From the IMG/VR virus record IMGVR_UViG_3300042892_000790: a stretch of 20,000 nt of DNA. One strand, 5' to 3'. Shown piece by piece: positions 16,968 through 20,000 of the stretch; the first letter of the stretch is position 1; each line of letters begins with the position of its first letter. Both the position numbers and the translations under genes were made by a program. The DNA is from an uncultured virus (IMG/VR IMGVR_UViG_3300042892_000790). Lineage: Duplodnaviria; Heunggongvirae; Uroviricota; Caudoviricetes; Crassvirales. Under the pieces are notes generated by a model that was not told the origin of the DNA, did not search any database, and saw only the letters and a list, made by a program, of their open reading frames with translations.

Positions 16968-17437
16968 TTCATTTCTTTTAGTTTGTTTACATAACTAGGA
17001 TCAGAGGCGTAAGACCCGTTGATGTTCTTCAAGTAACGGCCCTGTATGTGAGCGTAACACTTGACGTTGTCCTTGTAGGTGTTGTACTTGGCGTAGGCTC
17101 CGTACTGGCCCGCCACGTGCTTGCACCTGTGGAATACAATACCGAACAGGTTCTTGGCCTCACGCCCAACCTTGGACTTGCCTAGACCAGACTCGATCGT
17201 TGCCTGTGCGACTGCTACGTTTGGTAGTAGAACTCCGCTGGCAACCAACTCGGCGGTCAGACCGCTATCGGTCAGTGCCATGTCATTGCTCTCTTCGTTC
17301 ACTATCACGGAATGGTACACGTGTCGTATCTTTTCTGGCAGGTTGGCCATGTACACAAAGCCAAGCCCCATTCCCAAGTTCAGCAGAACACTTGCAAGCA
17401 TGACCCTCTTCCAGTCGTACCTGTAGCATGTGGTCAT
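16964..17437 (-). CDS. GH73 / FlgJ-like glucosaminidase (peptidoglycan hydrolase) with N-terminal transmembrane segment
   Basis: AVAQATIESG (catalytic Glu), NLFGI, YASDPSYVNKL; hydrophobic VMLASVLLNLGMGLGFVYM. Start placed at ATG 17437, after the upstream stop at 17445. Confidence 0.85.
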   Translation of the reverse strand: MTTCYRYDWKRVMLASVLLNLGMGLGFVYMANLPEKIRHVYHSVIVNEESNDMALTDSGLTAELVASGVLLPNVAVAQATIESGLGKSKVGREAKNLFGIVFHRCKHVAGQYGAYAKYNTYKDNVKCYAHIQGRYLKNINGSYASDPSYVNKLKEMK

Positions 17438-17444
17438 GTCGTCG

Positions 17445-17708
17445 TTAATTACCAGTCTCCTTTTCATACTTATGGTTAAAATAGTCCGTACCAGATACGA
17501 TCCAAGGCTCATACAGCCCGTCAGTGCACGCTTGAACAATACATTTCTTTTCATCCGCAAGAGATTGCAATAACTGTTCCTTAAGGCTGACAGCCTCCTG
17601 CAGTGCTCCCATGTGAAAGTTTGAATCGTTACTGAGTGTCTGTGCCTGCGAGTGGAAGGAGATCCTGCTCTCCACTTGCTGTAATAATTTTTGAATAGGG
17701 GTTTTCAT
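17445..17708 (-). CDS. Hypothetical protein, distant relative of the KQQTAV/EKE/YYEQTY mini-gene family
   Basis: MKTPIQKL...LADEKKCIVQACTDG...GTDYFNHKY parallels QTVVQLI...EKERIETAYNKG...GEQYYEQTY. Confidence 0.7.
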   Translation of the reverse strand: MKTPIQKLLQQVESRISFHSQAQTLSNDSNFHMGALQEAVSLKEQLLQSLADEKKCIVQACTDGLYEPWIVSGTDYFNHKYEKETGN

Positions 17709-18060
17709 ATGTCTTCTTTAATATATTAGTTCTCTGTTCTTGATACTTTGTCGGGTCCTGTCCGGCAGATAGTCTGTTCTGAATGATCCTGTTCAAAGCA
17801 TCGATCTGGTACTTGTATGTCTGTAGTTCTACAAACTTGGTTCCCATGACCCATCCATCGGCCTCGAATACCGCGTACTCTGAGTCCTTCAGCTTCTTGT
17901 AGAAGTCTCCGCCTAGCCTAGTGTTCTTGATGATAATCTTTCCGTTATTAAATCTCTCTATCTTGCATCCGTTCTGGATCGTGAATAGTGAGTCGTTGCC
18001 GATGAAGAAGGAATTATCCTTGTGTCTCAGCGCTTCGTTCCAAATGTCTTGTAATGTCAT
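17629..18060 (-). CDS. Hypothetical protein
   Basis: 143-aa ORF in operon orientation; overlaps both neighbours. Confidence 0.7.
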   Translation of the reverse strand: MTLQDIWNEALRHKDNSFFIGNDSLFTIQNGCKIERFNNGKIIIKNTRLGGDFYKKLKDSEYAVFEADGWVMGTKFVELQTYKYQIDALNRIIQNRLSAGQDPTKYQEQRTNILKKTYENPYSKIITASGEQDLLPLAGTDTQ

Positions 18061-18466
18061 CGATTAGTTTATTTTCTCTTGTGTAAAATTTCTTGTTAGC
18101 AATCCAGTCAGCCACCAACTGCACCCCGTGGATCACAGTTGAGTGGTCTCGTCCTCCCATCAACCCACCGATCATCTTCAGCGTGAGTCTCATCCTTGTG
18201 TATACAAAGTGCATGAATAGGAAGCGGGCCTCTACATGTTGTTGTGTTCTGGTCTTTACATTGAAGTCGTCGAAGTTCATGCCTGTCACGATCTCTACTG
18301 CCTCAATGATCTCTATCAGTTCTCTTCTGTCCTCTGTACCCATAAATGTCATGCCAAGGCTCTTGCGCTTGGGCTCACACATCTTACTAATGATGCTTGC
18401 CACGTCATTGCCTGCAAAGTTATTGTACGGGCGATCGTTAAAGTATTTGATTAATTCTTTCTCCAT
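18014..18466 (-). CDS. Stand-alone DnaA domain IV (DnaA_C HTH) DNA-binding protein
   Basis: KTRTQQHVEARFLFMHF...TLKMIGGLMGGRDHSTVIHG matches the DnaA C-terminal signature; no AAA+ domain. Confidence 0.85.
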   Translation of the reverse strand: MEKELIKYFNDRPYNNFAGNDVASIISKMCEPKRKSLGMTFMGTEDRRELIEIIEAVEIVTGMNFDDFNVKTRTQQHVEARFLFMHFVYTRMRLTLKMIGGLMGGRDHSTVIHGVQLVADWIANKKFYTRENKLIDDITRHLERSAETQG

Positions 18467-18597
18467 GTCTTTAAGTTGTCGTGAAATTCATTAAACCCTT
18501 CAATCGGGCGGTCATATTCAAACTCGTACGGGGTGGCCTCCATCACCTCCGTCTCTCTATTAAATAAGTTCTTGATTAGATTAATTATTTTGCTCAT
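18451..18597 (-). CDS. Small hypothetical protein (48 aa, not in ORF track)
   Basis: MSKIINLIKNLFNRETEVMEATPYEFEYDRPIEGFNEFHDNLKTWRKN; overlaps the DnaA_C gene start. Confidence 0.6.
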   Translation of the reverse strand: MSKIINLIKNLFNRETEVMEATPYEFEYDRPIEGFNEFHDNLKTWRKN

Positions 18598-18632
18598 TGT
18601 GTGGTGGTATTAAGTTTGATATTGGTTTTAGT

Positions 18633-18758
18633 TTAAGGGGATTCATTTATTAAAATCATACTATCATAGTAGATTGTTGTATCTGTAACTTTTAACTTAT
18701 GCTCTGTTTTATTTTGAGAGCATCCTGAAAATAGGAATATTATAAATAGTTTTTTCAT
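18633..18758 (-). CDS. Small putative lipoprotein (41 aa, not in ORF track)
   Basis: MKKLFIIFLFSG-CSQNK...: basic N-terminus, hydrophobic core, lipobox-like FSGC; starts 2 nt after the upstream stop. Confidence 0.6.
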   Translation of the reverse strand: MKKLFIIFLFSGCSQNKTEHKLKVTDTTIYYDSMILINESP

Positions 18759-18760
18759 AG

Positions 18761-19108
18761 TTATCCGTAGGTTTGTTCGTAGTATTGTTCACCAGTTATT
18801 GGTAGTGTACTTTCAGGATAATCAATTCCATGAACTGTTCCTTTGTTGTATGCAGTTTCAATTCTTTCTTTTTCCGTTTCTAAATACATATCCCAATTCA
18901 CATTCATTCCTCTTGATTTGCATTCAATATCTAAGGCTTGAATAATTAGTTGTACTACCGTTTGTTGTTTATTATTTGGCATCTCCGTAGGTTCTGTCAA
19001 AGTTCTTTTTCTATTTTGACATCCGTTTTCATCACAATAATTCATTGTACATTTTTGTTCTGGGGTTTCACAAAAACCGTGTGCCGTTTGTTGTTTATTG
19101 TTTGTCAT
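18761..19108 (-). CDS. NNKQQT-family mini-gene; in-frame fusion of a Cys-rich unit and a second NNKQQT unit
   Basis: MTNNKQQTAHGFCETPEQKCTMNYCDENGC... then internal MPNNKQQTVV...EQYYEQTYG. Confidence 0.8.
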   Translation of the reverse strand: MTNNKQQTAHGFCETPEQKCTMNYCDENGCQNRKRTLTEPTEMPNNKQQTVVQLIIQALDIECKSRGMNVNWDMYLETEKERIETAYNKGTVHGIDYPESTLPITGEQYYEQTYG

Positions 19109-19416
19109 TGCTCACCTCCTCCGTAGGTTTGTTCGTAGTATTTTTCAAATGATTCCCATTTTTTTTCACTGCCAACGCAGTTCCAATTAGGACACTCACT
19201 GATAGTGTTTCTTGATTGAATAAATGTTTCTTTTTCCTGTTGCTTCTCCATTTCAAGTAAAGATTGCGCTAAGTCAATAGCACTTTCAAATGCCATAACA
19301 CCACCTTCAAGCATATCATTAGACATACTGTCTGCATTTTTAATTATGTTTTCCTTTCTAACAATAAGACCATTGATTAAAGTTTGCAGTGTTGTTTGTT
19401 GTTTATTGTTTGTCAT
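19105..19416 (-). CDS. NNKQQT-family mini-gene
   Basis: MTNNKQQT...EMEK...EKYYEQTYGGGEQ; ATGA-coupled to the next gene. Confidence 0.82.
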   Translation of the reverse strand: MTNNKQQTTLQTLINGLIVRKENIIKNADSMSNDMLEGGVMAFESAIDLAQSLLEMEKQQEKETFIQSRNTISECPNWNCVGSEKKWESFEKYYEQTYGGGEQ

Positions 19417-19420
19417 TTTT

Positions 19421-19618
19421 TTATCGTTTAAAAATTATTTTCCACATTAAATAATAACTAATCCAAATAGGTATTAAGATTATGCCACCCCTTTCTATAT
19501 CTATGCTTAAATAGTCGCATAGCATAAGGTAAATTATTAAAATTAAATAACCCCCCAACACTAATGGTTCAAAAAATAATTTTACCCAATCTTTAGTAAA
19601 TTCTTTATTGTTTATCAT
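19421..19618 (-). CDS. Small membrane protein (two predicted TM segments) with partial shared start repeat
   Basis: MINNK start; hydrophobic LVLGGYLILIIYLML and GIILIPIWISYYLMW. Confidence 0.72.
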   Translation of the reverse strand: MINNKEFTKDWVKLFFEPLVLGGYLILIIYLMLCDYLSIDIERGGIILIPIWISYYLMWKIIFKR

Positions 19619-19625
19619 AACTAAA

Positions 19626-19934
19626 TTATTGTATTTTATTAAATTCTATCATTAATTCCTCAATTGTGAAAAACAGTGTTTCATTTATCATCATTTTCCA
19701 ATACATTTTTACTTTAGGATTATACTTATACCCATTATTGTGCAACCAATTAAAATAACCAATTGTAAATTTTGTTGTCTCTTCCTTCTCCATTTCTTTG
19801 GCTTGTTCTTTTAATTGCTTTAACCTTTGATTTTTTTCATCTTTTGATATATGTTCAGCCCAATAATCATAATGTAAAATTTCCATTTGTTCTGCCAACC
19901 ACTCCACTGCCGTTTGTTGTTTATTGTTTTTCAT
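19626..19934 (-). CDS. NNKQQTAVEWL-family mini-gene with a different C-terminal module
   Basis: MKNNKQQTAVEWL...AKEMEK then a tail lacking YYEQTYG. Confidence 0.82.
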   Translation of the reverse strand: MKNNKQQTAVEWLAEQMEILHYDYWAEHISKDEKNQRLKQLKEQAKEMEKEETTKFTIGYFNWLHNNGYKYNPKVKMYWKMMINETLFFTIEELMIEFNKIQ

Positions 19935-19999
19935 AGCAAGTCTGTTTTAATTAGTGTGTATTCTACGGACTGGTGATCGCTTGTCCAAGTGTATGTATC
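19931..19999 (-). CDS. 3' end of a gene truncated by the window edge
   Basis: ...DTYTWTSDHQSVEYTLIKTDLL stop, with ATGA overlap onto the gene starting at 19934. Confidence 0.45.
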   Translation of the reverse strand, partial: DTYTWTSDHQSVEYTLIKTDLL

Positions 20000-20000
20000 T

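Larger units (their letters stand above)
18764..19934 (-). repeat. Dispersed 23-nt gene-start and gene-end direct repeats
   Basis: Start repeat ATGACAAACAATAAACAACAAAC identical at 19108-19086 and 19416-19394, variants at 19934-19912, 18982-18960 and partial at 19618-19604; end repeat AATACTACGAACAAACCTACGGA identical at 18786-18764 and 19142-19120. Confidence 0.92.

Noticed and set aside
8023..18494. Plus-strand and alternate-frame ORFs within the replication block
   Set aside because: They overlap well-supported minus-strand genes and carry no motifs.
18764..19934. CRISPR array from the 23-nt repeats
   Set aside because: Spacing is irregular (126-316 nt between start repeats), the repeats are coding and anchored at start codons, they are not palindromic, and no cas genes are present.
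18761..19934. Diversity-generating retroelement
   Set aside because: No reverse transcriptase in the window and no long template/variable pair differing specifically at adenines.
1..20000. Stop-codon reassignment, introns or inteins
   Set aside because: TAG, TGA and TAA all end genes at sensible positions with dense standard-code packing; nrdJ, helicase and primase appear uninterrupted.

Overview
Segment of a tailed dsDNA phage genome, probably infecting a Bacteroidota (Flavobacteria-like) host, judged from TAnnTTTG promoter motifs and gene families. 1-5747 (+) is the 3' part of a giant modular 'polyvalent'/virion-ejected-type protein that is open beyond the window start. Everything from 5744 to 20000 is a minus-strand early/replication block: metallophosphoesterase, class II ribonucleotide reductase, MazG-like pyrophosphatase, VRR-NUC nuclease, SF2 helicase, primase-helicase, SSB-like protein, RecE-like exonuclease, Sak3-type annealase, DUF3310, GH73 glucosaminidase, a stand-alone DnaA domain IV protein and many small ORFs. 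The most notable signals are: (1) a 105-nt tRNA-mimic RNA with a perfect acceptor stem and T-arm but a branched insert replacing the anticodon arm, with its own promoter; (2) a dense ~330-bp array of sequence-diverse palindromes next to it; (3) an iteron-like TGTGTCGA cluster around an AT-rich core (candidate origin); (4) an AT-rich array of mini-genes bounded by conserved 23-nt start and end repeats that looks like a recombination-shuffled cassette system; (5) RSQK-delimited modules, including an ART-like domain, in the giant protein. All family assignments are from motif recognition by eye; no database search was run.
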